Of a stretch of 64,000 nt of DNA, positions 63,923 to 64,000 are shown piece after piece; the stretch's first letter is position 1, and every line of letters starts with the position of its first letter. The notes beneath the pieces were generated by a model. That model had not been told where the DNA came from, did no database searches, and saw nothing but the letters and a program-made list of their open reading frames with translations. A program made the translations under genes and the position numbers. The DNA lies in contig CAVSLC010000020.1 of the NCBI GenBank assembly GCA_963728565.1, forward strand, positions 101,605 through 165,604, in the 5' to 3' direction. The DNA comes from an uncultured delta proteobacterium. Its GTDB lineage: Bacteria; Desulfobacterota; Binatia; UBA9968.

Positions 63923-64000
63923 CGTTCGTCTCCTGGGTCGTGCGGTCGGCGATCGCCGACCAGGCTGACACACCCTCCAGCCGGAGGAGAGCGGCCGCGC

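Overview
The window joins two unrelated genomes at about position 49430. Left part (1 to ~49430, moderate GC; Candidatus Binatia-like by inference): amidohydrolases, a frameshifted SWIM-SNF2 helicase, one hydantoinase A with two tandem B subunits, a SWIB protein, purF-L-Q-S-B, dut, pnp, rpsO, class II nrdJ with tandem NrdR boxes, mlaEFDC, lhgO, solute-binding proteins, a NADAR protein with a signal-like N-terminus, and an IS1380-like MITE inside a 9-bp-periodic intergenic repeat. Right part (~49430 to 64000, very high GC, many indels; Thermomicrobiales-like Chloroflexota by inference): Nudix, uvrB, aroQ, M24 peptidase, efp, accB, xseAB, an AIR-synthase-family gene, an asparaginase-2 gene and a TolB-like gene. 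The strongest novelty candidate is a ~290-nt non-coding element present twice in inverted orientation (51245-51567 + and 62414-62740 -). Each copy has a TTGACA promoter with a LexA-type box over the -10 region, and the copies differ by compensatory base changes in hairpins. This points to an SOS-regulated structured ncRNA that I do not recognise. Taxonomy and function are inferred by eye; no searches were run.
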